DNA of 64,000 nt from Haliotis rufescens (Eukaryota), in assembly GCF_023055435.1 (NCBI RefSeq), contig NW_025963791.1:33294001-33358000 (forward strand), given 5' to 3'. The notes under the pieces are model-generated. The model saw only the letters and a program-made list of their open reading frames with translations, ran no database searches and was not told the DNA's origin. This document shows, in pieces, positions 52,801 through 64,000 of the stretch (its first letter is position 1; each line of letters starts with the position of its first letter). Made by a program: the position numbers and the translations under genes.

Positions 52801-55800
52801 TAAAGCGTTCGTTCGTCACGTCGAAGACCCGGGTTCTATTCCTGACATAGGTACAATGTGTGAAGCCCATTTCTGGTGTCCCCCGCCGTGATATTGCTGG
52901 AATATTGCTAAAAGCGGCTTAAAACCATACTCACTAATTCTTCACAAAGTTAAGTTCAGCTGCTTCACCATGTTGACATGTGATCAAACATCCATAAAAT
53001 CTAAAGCAGCAGATGCCAATTAAGGCATTTTGAAATGAGTTAGGTAAGGTCATGAAGACTGTGCACAGTCTAAGTGTTACACGATGAGCAGTTTCCTGTA
53101 TTCATGAGGGCTGTTGCTGTACTGAACATTTTCACTATGTGGATCAGCAGTGTTTTGCTTGTTATTATAAGACTATTGGACAGGACCTGAGTTCTATTCC
53201 CCACACTGATACAATATGTGAAGCATATATCTGGTGTCCCCGACAGCGATATTCCTGCTAGTGTCTTAAAGCAGCATAAAACCCTACTAGGGCTCTATTT
53301 AAGGAACTTGATGTAACTTGCACCAGGTGAATGTTGACATGAAAACCAAGTTGCACCAGACTAAACCAGGTTGCACCCTGGTCCCATAAATTTATCAAAG
53401 TTGAAACACAGGCTGGTCTGATGCCCGTGTCTGTAAAGTAATAACGTATTGCTGTAGAATTTAATAGGAACATGTCACATACTCTGGAAGTACCCACAGC
53501 TGGATGACAATCAATACAATACAGGGATTGGTAATTTGTAAAAGGGTACACAAAAATAATGCAAATGAATTACTCCTTTTGAAATAAGGAAAACACATGT
53601 ATGTAGCTACTTTCCTAGCGTGTGGTAGACTGAAACTTTATACAAATCAGAACCGTCCTAGCAAAGAAAGATGTGTAGAGAAGTCATTAAGCTTAGCCCT
53701 ATACAGTGAACATGTATAATAACCTATGTTGAAGTTTTACCTTCACATCATAAAAATCTACACGTTTTCTGATGCTACATTACACTAAGATTATCACATA
53801 CTGAACAGGGGCAGTCAGGTAGCCTAGTGGTTAAAGCGTTCGCTTGTCACGCCGAATACCCAGGTTAGATTCCCAACATGGGTACAATGTGTGAAGCCCA
53901 TTTCTGGTGTCCCCCGCCGTGATATTTCTGGAATATTGCTAACAGCGGCGTAAAACTATACTCACTCACATACTCACATACTGAATATACCAAAAATATG
54001 ACATGATTTACATTCAAAACATATTCAAAAGGTTCTTAGCTGATAGATAAACTTACATTATGGGTGGCTGGAGCTCGACCTGATACAGCAAGCAATGCTA
54101 AAACCCAATGTGGGGAACCCATGGAACCAATGTAGCGACCGAGAAACGTATGTTTTAAACTAGCACTTCCCGTTCTGAGCGAAGAAAATGATTGCAGACC
54201 ACTTAATAAACTATTACTGTTACTTGTAAAGGCACACACTTTGTGCATATAGGAGACCGCCTCCGTGGTCTTATGGTAGAGCTTCCGCCCGGAAAGCGGA
54301 AGGTCCGGGGTTCGATCCCCAGCCGCGTCATACCAAAAGACGTTAAAACATGGTACTTGTTGTTACCCTGTCTGGCACTCGGCATTAAGGAGCTAAAACA
54401 AGGACTGGTCGGCTCGGAGTCAGTATACTGTGTCTGAGTGGGGTATTCATGTTAAACTGTGGCAAGGTATCTCAGTGTGCTAGCACTATAAATCGGCATC
54501 AGTCCGGACTAGTACAAGCAGCCACACACACACATACACGTGCATGCACATCGCTATATAAGTGCAATAACCTTGGACGCGATGTTAAACGCCATTTCAC
54601 CTCACCTTGTGCATATAGACATAAATATTAGGTTGCATTTTTCAATAATAGGTTGCACTTGTGCATGTTTTATATACCTGTAGGTGAATCAAGCCATCCC
54701 AACTCTCCCCTATGTCCACCTCAGCTGACCACTCTCTTGAACTACTCTCGTTATGTATTAATCATGACCCTTTTACTCATACAGCTGTTTGATTCATTTT
54801 CAGCAATTAAAGTCATGGACCTCAGACACAACCAATTTTGATAAAGCTAAGAAAAAACATGTGAGTAGTGCTTTTTATCTTGCTTAATTATATATGTTAC
54901 CATGGTGATGATGGTTATATATATGTCACCATGGTGATGATGGTTATCTCCAAGTATCAGGCTCTGAATGTGCTAAGAGGTTTAGATATTCTAATTTCTT
55001 CTTTCTAATATTCAGCTTGACATTCTGCAGCGATGTGTAAGGCTGGGCTTTTTTGGTTCCACATTTGGAAAGGCAAACATTGTGGATAAAAAGTTCATTG
55101 TATATACAATGTACATATCAGGGCAACTTCATCAGGTGAATGATGGGGTGGCAGAAGCACGTGCTTAAAACAGAAGGCCCAGAATGCAATACTCAGGTGC
55201 CCATTCAATCACAGACAACTGGTCTTCAAATTCAAATTTCCAAATTGGGGTTAAGAGTGACCATTTTCAACATACACAAGTACAGTTATCATGACAGATG
55301 TTTTAACCCCTGGTTCTATATAAAGCAAAACATTTGTCACCTTAGATGAAAAACTAATATGTCATGTGTTTGGTTTCGTCACCAGGAACCACCTGGCTGT
55401 TGTTGTTACTCTCATTTAACGTGTAGTAACCGAAGCTCATTTTGTAGCCAACATAATTTACCTTTTTCAATGTCAGCATTTGGAATAAGTTCTGTTATTT
55501 AAACATCAGATCCACATGTTGAATTCATAATGAATAATCAGGGTTCAAAATTAACAGAAGTCCTCTTCTCTGCTTGGTTTGAGACAAGTCAACGTCATGT
55601 AAGACCAGTGTCATATGAACTACCTCTTTAACCATTCGGTAGATGGCGCCGCTGTAGCAGACTGGTTTTGTGGACAAGTGAAAATAGCAATCAATTTAAC
55701 ACTTATCACAGGGGACCGCCTCTGTGGTCTAGTGGTAGAGCGTCCGCCCGGAGAGCGGAAGGTCCGGAGTTCGATCCCCGTCAGCGTCATACCAAAAGAC

Positions 55801-58800
55801 GTTAAAAGATGGTACTTGTTGTTACCCTGTCTTGCACTAGGCATTAAGGGGCTAAATATAGAATACTAAATGAGGTCCCGTGTAATACCAATTTTATGAA
55901 ACGAGTGAATAGTTTTGGTATCTGACGAGTTTCATCAAATTGGTTTTACACGGTAGCGAGTTTAGTATTTTATTTATTACTTGCCATTTAAAATGTTTTT
56001 AGAATTATACTGTCGAGTGTGAATAGGCTGACACCTACACGATCCATGGCATAATACAATTGAGTTTAACAGAATAATACTTCAAACACGTCAAAAGTTG
56101 AAACGTATGAATTTAATACCATACAACGGTCTACCTTTAGAATTCAGGCATCCGTTCCACAAAAATATCGTAGCGTTAAGGTTATCGCAACTCACATATT
56201 TAAACTTAGACCAACGACTGTCGTTGCGCTACAGCACGATCGCCTTGTGGAACGGGGCCTTGCACCTCAAAGTTTACAATCATGTCACAATACCCGATGA
56301 TGTAATTTGTGGAATTTTGTTGCAAGATCCGTCGGCGAAACAATGCCATGTGACGTCAGCCTAGCAACAGGATTGCTGGGGTCATCGAGTGTGCTTAAGC
56401 TCCTCTCAGTGATCTATCATCTCCACACGCAATGTCGTTCAATAAGCCAAGGGATGTTGAGAGCTTTCAATATTTTTCGTGAAACGTGTTCCGAGAGTAC
56501 ATAAGCAAGCATTTTGGTATTACACAATGTGTAATACAGCTGTATGTTTATTAAACGGGTGATCTCTTCACGGGCAAGTAATAAAACAAGGACTGGTCGG
56601 CTCGGAGTCAGTATACTGTGTCCGAGTGGGGTATTCATGTTAAACTGTGGCATGGTATCTCAGTGAGCTAGCACTATAAATCGGCATCAGTCCGATCTAT
56701 CACAAGCAGCCACATACGTGCATACACGTCCCTATATAAGTGCAATAATCTTAGACGCGACGTTAAACCCCATTTCACCTCACCTCACTTATCATGGGCA
56801 CCAAATGTACATCCAAGCCATCACCAGACCCATCCTTGTGGAACTGAGATAATGCCATATGTGTCAATATTATCCTGACTATTATATGTTGTGTGTTTCA
56901 TCAGATCGGTGCAGACATCGTTCGGATCCTGGTGGAGACAGACTTCCTCCCCATCGTGGTGTGTGAGAATGGCCGAGTTGACTTCCAGGCTAACATCAAG
57001 GACAGCTGCAGCACGGGGACGCTGGCCCAGGAGGAAGCCATCTTGTGGTGTCAGTCCTATATCTGTGCTGGCAGTGTGTGTGTCGTCCTGGTCACTCGGA
57101 CACAGGTGAGTCCTAGGAGCGTGTGTGTCATCTTGGTCACTCGGACACAGGTGGGTCCTGGCAGTGTGTGTGTCGTCCTGGTCACTCGGACACAGGTGGG
57201 TCCTGGCAGTGTGTGTGTCGTCCTGGTCACTAGGACAGGGGTGGGTCCTGGCAGTGTGTGTGTCGTCCTGGTCACTAGGACAGGGGGTGGTCCTGGCAGT
57301 GTGTGTGTCGTCCTGGTCACTAGGACAGGGATGGGTCCTGGCAGTGTGTGTGTCGTCCTGGTCACTAGGACATGGGTGGGTCCTGACAGTGTGTGTGTCG
57401 TCCTGGTCACTCGGACACAGGTGAGTCCTGGCAGTGTGTGTTGTCCTGGTCACTAGGACACAGGTTGGTCCTGGCAGTGTGTGTGTCGTCCTGGTCACTA
57501 GGACAGGGGTGGGTCCTGGCAGTGTGTGTGTCGTCCTGGTCACTAGGACAGGGGTGGGTCCTGGCAGTGTGTGTGTCGTCCTGGTCACTAGGACAGGGGT
57601 GGGTCCTGGCAGTGTGTGTGTCGTCCTGGTCACTTGGACACAGGTGGGTCCTGACAGTGTGTGTGTCGTCCTGGTCACTCGGACACAGGTGAGTCCTGGC
57701 AGTGTGTGTGTGTGTTGTCCTGGTCACTAGGACACAGGTTGGTCCTGGCAGTGTGTGTGTCGTCCTGGTCACTAGGACAGGGGTGGGTCCTGGCAGTGTG
57801 TGTGTTCTCCTGGTCACTAGGACACAGGTTGGTCCTGGCAGTGTGTGTGTCGTCCTTGTCACTAGGACAGGGGTGGGTCCTGGCAGTGTGTGTGTCGTCC
57901 TGGTCACTAGGACAGGGGTGGGTCCTCACAGTGTGTGTGTCGTCCTGGTCACTAGGACAGGGGTGGGTCCTGACAGTGTGTGTGTCGTCCTGGTCACTAG
58001 GACACAGGTGGGTCCTGGCAGTGTGTGTGTCGTCCTTGTCACTAGGACAGGGATGGGTCCTGGCAGTGTGTGTGTCGTCCTTGTCACTAGGACAGGGGTG
58101 GGTCCTGACAGTGTGTGTGTCGTCCTGGTCACTAGGACAGGGGTGGGTCCTGGCAGTGTGTGTGTCGTCCTGGTCACTAGGACAGGGGTGGGTCCTGGCA
58201 GTGTGTATGTCGTCCTGGTCACTAGGACAGGGGTGGGTCCTGACAGTGTGTGTGTCGTCCTGGTCACTAGGACAGGGGTGGGTCCTGACAGTGTGTGTGT
58301 CGTCCTGGTCACTAGGACATGGGTGGGTCCTGACAGTGTGTGTGTCGTCCTGGTCACTTGGACAGGGGTGGGTCCTGACAGTGTGTGTGTCGTCCTGGTC
58401 ACTAGGACACGATTGGGTCCTGGCAGTGTGTGTGTCGTCCTGGTCACTAGGACACAGGTTGGTCCTGGCAGTGTGTGTGTCGTCCTGGTCACTAGGACAG
58501 GGGTGGGTCCTGGCAGTGTGTGTGTCGTCCTGGTCACTAGGACACAGGTTGGTCCTGGCAGTGTATGTGTCGTCCTGGTCACTAGGACAGGGGTGGGTCC
58601 TGGCAGTGTGTGTGTCGTCCTGGTCACTAGGACACGGGTGGGTCCTCGCAGTGTGTGTGTCGTCCTGGTCACTAGGACAGGGGTGGGTCCTCGCAGTGTG
58701 TGTGTCGTCCTGGTCACTAGGACACGATTGGGTCCTGGCAGTGTGTGTGTCGTCCTGGTCACTAGGACAGGGGTGGGTCCTGACAGTGTGTGTGTCGTCC

Positions 58801-61800
58801 TGGTCACTAGGACAGGGGTGGGTCCTGACAGTGTGTGTGTCGTCCTGGTCACTTGGACACAGGTGGGTCCTGACAGTGTGTGTGTGTGTTGTCCTGGTCA
58901 CTAGGACACGGGTGGGTCCTGACAGTGTGTGTGTCGTCCTGGTCACTAGGACAGGGGTGGGTCCTGGCAGTGTGTGTGTCGTCCTGGTCACTAGGACAGG
59001 GGTGGGTCCTGGCAGTGTGTGTGTCGTCCTGGTCACTTGGACACAGGTGGGTCCTGACAGTGTGTGTGTCGTCCTGGTCACTTGGACACAGGTGGGTCCT
59101 GACAGTGTGTGTGTCGTCCTGGTCACTAGGACATGGGTGGGTCCTCACAGTGTGTGTGTCGTCCTGGTCACTAGGACACGGGTGGGTCCTGACAGTGTGT
59201 GTGTCGTCCTGGTCACTAGGACAGGGGTGGGTCCTGGCAGTGTGTGTGTCGTCCCTGTCACTAGGACAGGGGTGGGTTCTGACAGTGTGTGTGTCGTCCT
59301 GGTCACTAGGACACAGGTGGGTCCTGACAGTGTGTGTGTCGTCCTGGTCACTCAGACACAGGTGGGTCCTGACAGTGTGTGTGTCGTCCTTGTCACTAGG
59401 ACAGGGGTGGGTCCTGACAGTGTGTGTGTCGTCCTGGTCACTAGGACACGGGTGGGTCCTGGCAGTGTGTGTGTCGTCCTGGTCACTTGGACAGGGGTGG
59501 GTCCTGACAGTGTGTGTGTCGTCTTCACTAGGACACGGGTGGGTCCTCGCAGTGTGTGTGTCGTCCTGGTCACTAGGACACGGTTGGGTCCTGACAGTGT
59601 GTGTGTCGTCCTGGTCACTAGGACACGGGTGGGTCCTGACAGTGTGTGTGTCGTCCTGGTCACTAGGACAGGGGTGGGTCCTGGCAGTGTGTGTGTCGTC
59701 CTGTGTAAACATCGATGTGATGTAAACATGGTTGTGTGTAAACATCGATGTGATGTAAACATGGTTGTGTGTGAAAACATCAATGTGATGTAAACATGGT
59801 TGTGTGTAAACATGGTTGTGAGTAAACATGGTTGTGTGTAAACATGGGTTTGTGTAAACAAAGTTTGAGTTAACTAGAGGCCTGCACAGGTTAGTTGAAA
59901 TGTATTTTCATCAAGATTCCCAGCTAACAATTTAGACAACATTGAAGATAATATTTTGTAAATCTGTCACATGGGCTTCCTACTTGTATACGACAGAGTG
60001 GTAATTACAGACAGCAGTTGGGATATTAACAGTCAGCCCTTGTATTTCAGGACCAGCTAGTGAGGGTCCACCGCCACACTTATCTGTCTGATGCAGAGTG
60101 CTGGAGCCTTAAGACCACGCCCCTGTCCCTGTCTGCCGACGCCCTACTCAGCTGCTGCCTCTCCCTGAAGGCGGAGCCCAGTCTCCTGTCACTGTGTAAG
60201 ACCTTTTAGTCTTTATTTGTTAGTTTATAAGAGTTTGGGGTCAAAAGTCAATATAAATGGTTTGGAACAATTTTTTACCATCCCAATTAACTAACTATAA
60301 TGGATGAAAATTGACACTCGTTTGAACAGATTCTGTCATCCCGTAAAAAGAATGTCAATCAATGTGCTGCTTGGGCCACCCTTAGGATATCGTTTTGATG
60401 CAAAAAATCAATTTGTAATGGTTTGTACGCTCAGACAGCTATAAGACAGTGTCAACACTGCCCCAAATTGTCAAATCTTGTATCACGTGTTGCAGGGCAA
60501 GATGGCCGGCTGCTTGACCTGCCGCTGACCGGGTCGTCCAATATGGATGACAGCCAGGAGGTGGCCACCATCTCGGGTGTACAGACAGACTCCTGCATGA
60601 TCTACCTCGACCACACCCACATCGCTGTGGCAGGCATCAGGCAGAACACCACAGGTTGGTCAGCGCAGTAGGGGTGTGTGGAGGTTGGAGTCCCATAGTT
60701 GCCAGCAATTTATTCCAGCCAAGCATCATTGAAATCAGATCTTTCACTCCGATAGGAGACCTCTCTGTATGAAGATCTGATGAAACCTCCGTAAAGGTCG
60801 CGCCGGGTCAGCCCAGACTTTGACACTGCCCAATTACAAAAAAGCTGCATGAGTTCTTGAGCCAGTCAGCTTTCAGTTTTCTAAAACAATTCAGCTTCAG
60901 TTTTACCTCATTCAGAAATTCCAATTTGTGCAAATGAAAACCTACATAAAATGCAAATACTCATACAATGGTACTCCTCTTTGTATGTAATATTATGACA
61001 CCCGATACTTCTTTCGGAACTTGTCATTTTAGTTCATTTTCAAGGTAGAGAAATCAGATATGCTGGTTTGAATCATTGAAGCCTGGACACTGATTGTCTG
61101 ATTTAATGCTCAGCTGACGTGACCTCCAATGGAGTTGACCTCCGATCACGCAGAGAGGTATCGTATCAGAGTAAACTATCTGATTATGATTAAATAGGTC
61201 AAATCACAACATTACAAATAATGATATCTGGTTGAGGAAAACTAGCGATAGATGGCTTGAGTTGTGAGAATCATGATACACTGTCAGACTTACCACATCG
61301 TTCATGCTTGGAATTATTACATTTGACATCAAAAGAGTCAATGAGACAATCCTTGGTTCATTTGTTTGTTTCAGTCGGACTTGGTATCTACAATGTGAAA
61401 TTCCAGGCTCTGCAGTCATGGCAACCATTCCCAGAACCATTGCTGACAAGACCTAAGGTGAGATAGAACTGTTTTAACGGAGGCATATTATTCTGAGTTG
61501 ATACCTGCTGAATGACCAATACGACTCCGTCTGCGTCTGCGTGGGGATTCAGAGTTTGAATAGGTCCCACGCAAACTATGCTGGTCTTAAGAGGAGACCA
61601 AGTGGATTGAGTGGTTTTTGTGTCGTCGTACCCCAAAGACATGGATCATTGCTCACAATGGAGATCACTGGATTGTCTGTCCCAGACTTGATTATTTACA
61701 GCTGGAATCTTGCTGAGTGCTGCATTAAAAAACAAACAAAATATTCTGTAAAGTAATGCTAATTGGCAATTGGTGGTGTTATATTCATTTGGTTTGTTAT

Positions 61801-63453
61801 AAGAATGCTATTTTTATCTGCATTACATATTGCACATTGCTCTTACGACCGAAACCCTAACTAGACATGAATGACGATCTATCAGAGGCTTCAGTAACTC
61901 TTTTGCCCAACATGACCTCCGTGACGCTCGTGACATCTTGTGTCAGAAGACATGCCCCCAGTTCCAACAAGGAGCAGATCCCCCTCCGTTCCAGAATGTC
62001 CTGGAGGAGAGGCCCTGGCAGAAACTGTTTGATCCAGTTCATCATGGAGGGGTGCTTTTGGAGCTCCACTACTGTATTTGCGTGCCAATACCTCCGGGGT
62101 GTGTCCGTAGAAGACATGGATGACGTGCCTGTGACGCAGCCCACCCTCATTCCCCCTCTGTCAAACAGTTTCCAGGTTTAAGGAGGGTAGAGTTGTAGTG
62201 AGTATTTCCAGTTTATCTAAACTCTTTAAAGTTTTAGGTTCTCATTTACTGGGTTGCCATGACAGCGCAATTCCGGGATTCATTCGGTTACCCAACGATT
62301 AGAGTACCGAAGGTTATGTCTGGTTTTCCCATGTGCTACTGTTGTAAGTGTCGAGGGAGCTGTGGAAGCTAATCATCTCAGGCAAGCCCAGCCTACAGGA
62401 CCACTCTACGAGATGCCATGACATGTGACAGCTATCCTAGCACTGGACTGAGGGTATGCACCACCGCCTACCACTGGATAAAGTGCAATATGTAATGCAG
62501 GATAAGTAACAAATATTACATAATCAGAGTCTTATGTATTTTATGTACTTATCCTGCATTACCCAAGGGCCTCCCCATAACTGATTTATTTCCCCCACTG
62601 CACCATCCGCCCTGAGGGACATTCAAAGACAATAATGACATATAGGAAGAGTGTTTTCCGACACCAGATGTCTCGAGGGTCATGGCGGTCATGCTGGGCA
62701 AAAGAGTTACTGAAGACACTGGTAGATCATCTTTCATTTCCAGTTAGGACTCTGGTGGGCAGAGCAATGTGCAATATGTAATGCAGGACATAAATTATCA
62801 TAATACTCTGATTATGGAATTATGGTTGCAGCTCTTCTGTCATTACGGCCACTTATTCCTTGCCTGCAACAAAACGCTGTATGCCTTCCCTTATAAGTGT
62901 GAGCCATCAACGGTTGCTAGGTTACTGGGTCAGAGAGACAAGGTCAAGGACACTGGAAAGGTCACCGATTTGGCTCATGGAGTTGTCAGTTGGTCCACCA
63001 AACAGAAGCCAGCACAGGTGGGATTGAATTTATGACAGTAATATTCATGATATTAGACCAAAGGAAAATCACGATTTTAAACACGATATGCAAAAATCAC
63101 GAATTCAAACACTACAACGGTTATATTAAACTGTATTTGTTTTACCCACCTTCTGATTCACATCTGTTAACAATGGCTGAGGATAAGTAGGGTTTTTTTG
63201 GTCTCATGAAATCACATACCACTGCCCACAATTATAAGGCATTAAGTTGCCCATGGGTAACAAAGATAAACACATATCTTCGTCCCTGTCAGAATAGGGT
63301 ACATGTGTAGGCCTAGAGGGAATGCATGGGGTAACCATAGTTACACAGTTACTCTAGGTGGACACAAGCTGAATTATGACATGCTGTTTTCAGAAGGCTG
63401 CAGGTGATCTGGAGATTGAGAATCTGTTCACAAGTCTCATTGACAAGACAAAG
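49814..63453 (+). CDS. NOL11: Nucleolar protein 11 (SSU processome t-UTP component), first nine coding exons; continues beyond the window
   Basis: Exons 49814-49945 (MAALADGFSL..NEYK), 51771-51884 (LSDQKLTRSWSLRHGIQITCPTV, cf. human [23 protein letters not shown]), 54804-54860, 56905-57105, 60051-60195, 60496-60654 (LDHTHIAVAG), 61375-61457 (IYNVKFQALQ, cf. VWNIKFQTLQ), 62832-63017 (GHLF..FPYKCEPSTVARLLG, cf. IPYKCEVSSLAGALG), 63394-63453; all GT-AG with consistent phase. Confidence 0.92.
51110..51398 (-). mobile_element. SINE-like family D with an internal ~22-bp tandem expansion
   Basis: GTTT tail, TTTAACGCTGCACTCAGCAATATTCC; repeated CACGACAATCATAGTCGCCTCT. Confidence 0.75.
52060..52325 (-). 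mobile_element. SINE-like family D
   Basis: Best-preserved copy of a dispersed ~260-bp family with an (AAAC)n tail and a 3' end related to families A and C. Confidence 0.8.
52778..52935 (+). mobile_element. SINE family A
   Basis: Full-length match to the family consensus. Confidence 0.92.
53808..53973 (+). mobile_element. SINE family A
   Basis: TSD TCACATACTGAA. Confidence 0.9.
54253..54606 (+). mobile_element. SINE family B, full length
   Basis: TSD TTGTGCATATAG at 54241-54252 and 54607-54618. Confidence 0.93.
55711..56785 (+). mobile_element. SINE family B split in two (55711-55856 and 56582-56785) by a ~725-bp insertion
   Basis: The halves join at GCTAAA|ACAAGG; TSD CACTTATCA flanks the composite. 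Confidence 0.9.
57070..59703 (+). repeat. 45-bp minisatellite (GGCAGTGTGTGTGTCGTCCTGGTCACTAGGACAGGGGTGGGTCCT)n, ~58 units, starting inside NOL11 exon 4
   Basis: CACAG ends at 57105, 57150, 57195 (period 45). Confidence 0.97.
59703..59860. repeat. Short TGTAAACATGGTTGTG / TGTAAACATCGATGTGA tandem repeats abutting the 45-bp array
   Basis: Direct reading. Confidence 0.85.
61818..62816. mobile_element. Fold-back / paired TIR-element complex in NOL11 intron 7
   Basis: 61818-61953 is a diverged inverted repeat of 62652-62786; extra TIR copies at 62483-62508 and 62520-62561. Confidence 0.65.
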
Positions 63454-64000
63454 GTAAGAAAAGATCAAGTATATTTTTCATCTTAAATGTAGTTTACATC
63501 GATCCACCTCCTGTCTGAGTGTACATGACAGATGGAAATAAATGAATTTTCCTTTCCATGAAAAAAACATTCTTCAGGCAAAGAGTTCAACTTGTGAACC
63601 ATGTTTAACACATATCTTAAACAAAAGACCATTTATCATTTGCATCTCAAACAAAGGCATTTTCCACTTCATAAATAAAGCCTAAACAAAATGACTGTTC
63701 AGGTGTATGACAAACCATCTTCCCGAGGGAAGCGAGTTAACTGACTTTAAAGTCCAGTTTCCACCCTTGCCGAACTAGGCTGGTATTATGGAGTTAGAGT
63801 TTGGCTGGACTAACGAGTCTATGCATAGTCCAATCAAAATCATGTAACGAAATCGAAATCCGGTTTGTAAACTGTCGTGCAGCTTTCGGTTGATTGCAGG
63901 ATTTGCAAAGCATGTGCACCGCCAACTCGACATCAACAGATATTTCCAAATATTTTCATGTTTTTAATCAAGGTGCTCATGTGGTTTCATGCACTTTGCT

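Noticed and set aside
56821-59861. Long mucin-like or repetitive ORFs on both strands (up to 710 aa)
   Set aside because: Stop-free 45-bp minisatellite with frame-shifting indels; only 56905-57105 has homology support as an exon

Overview
Eukaryotic, intron-rich genomic DNA from a gapped assembly. It is most likely a mollusc (gastropod/abalone-like, inferred from the SINE families and the expanded TRIM-NHL genes; unverified). From left to right: (1) the 5' four coding exons of a FUT10/FUT11-like GT10 fucosyltransferase, copy A (- strand, runs off the left edge); (2) a 17-bp minisatellite; (3) two tandem RING-Bbox-Bbox-coiled-coil-NHL (TRIM) genes on the - strand, the first with a 2-nt frameshift; (4) a 32-bp minisatellite; (5) a complete six-exon FUT10/11-like copy B (- strand, 447 aa, ends in QEDL); (6) a defective DD34E Tc1 transposon; (7) a third, more divergent TRIM-NHL gene (+ strand); (8) the first nine coding exons of NOL11 (+ strand, runs off the right edge). 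Four SINE families, several MITEs, an L2/CR1 LINE fragment and nested insertions are interspersed. The most notable observations are a 2.6-kb 45-bp minisatellite built from the 3' end and splice donor of NOL11 exon 4, an interleaved fucosyltransferase/TRIM-NHL duplication cluster with substitutions concentrated in predicted propeller loops, and a signal-peptide plus KDEL-like architecture of the FUT10/11 homologue. All exon models were read by eye from splice sites, phase and remembered homology; none is confirmed by transcripts.
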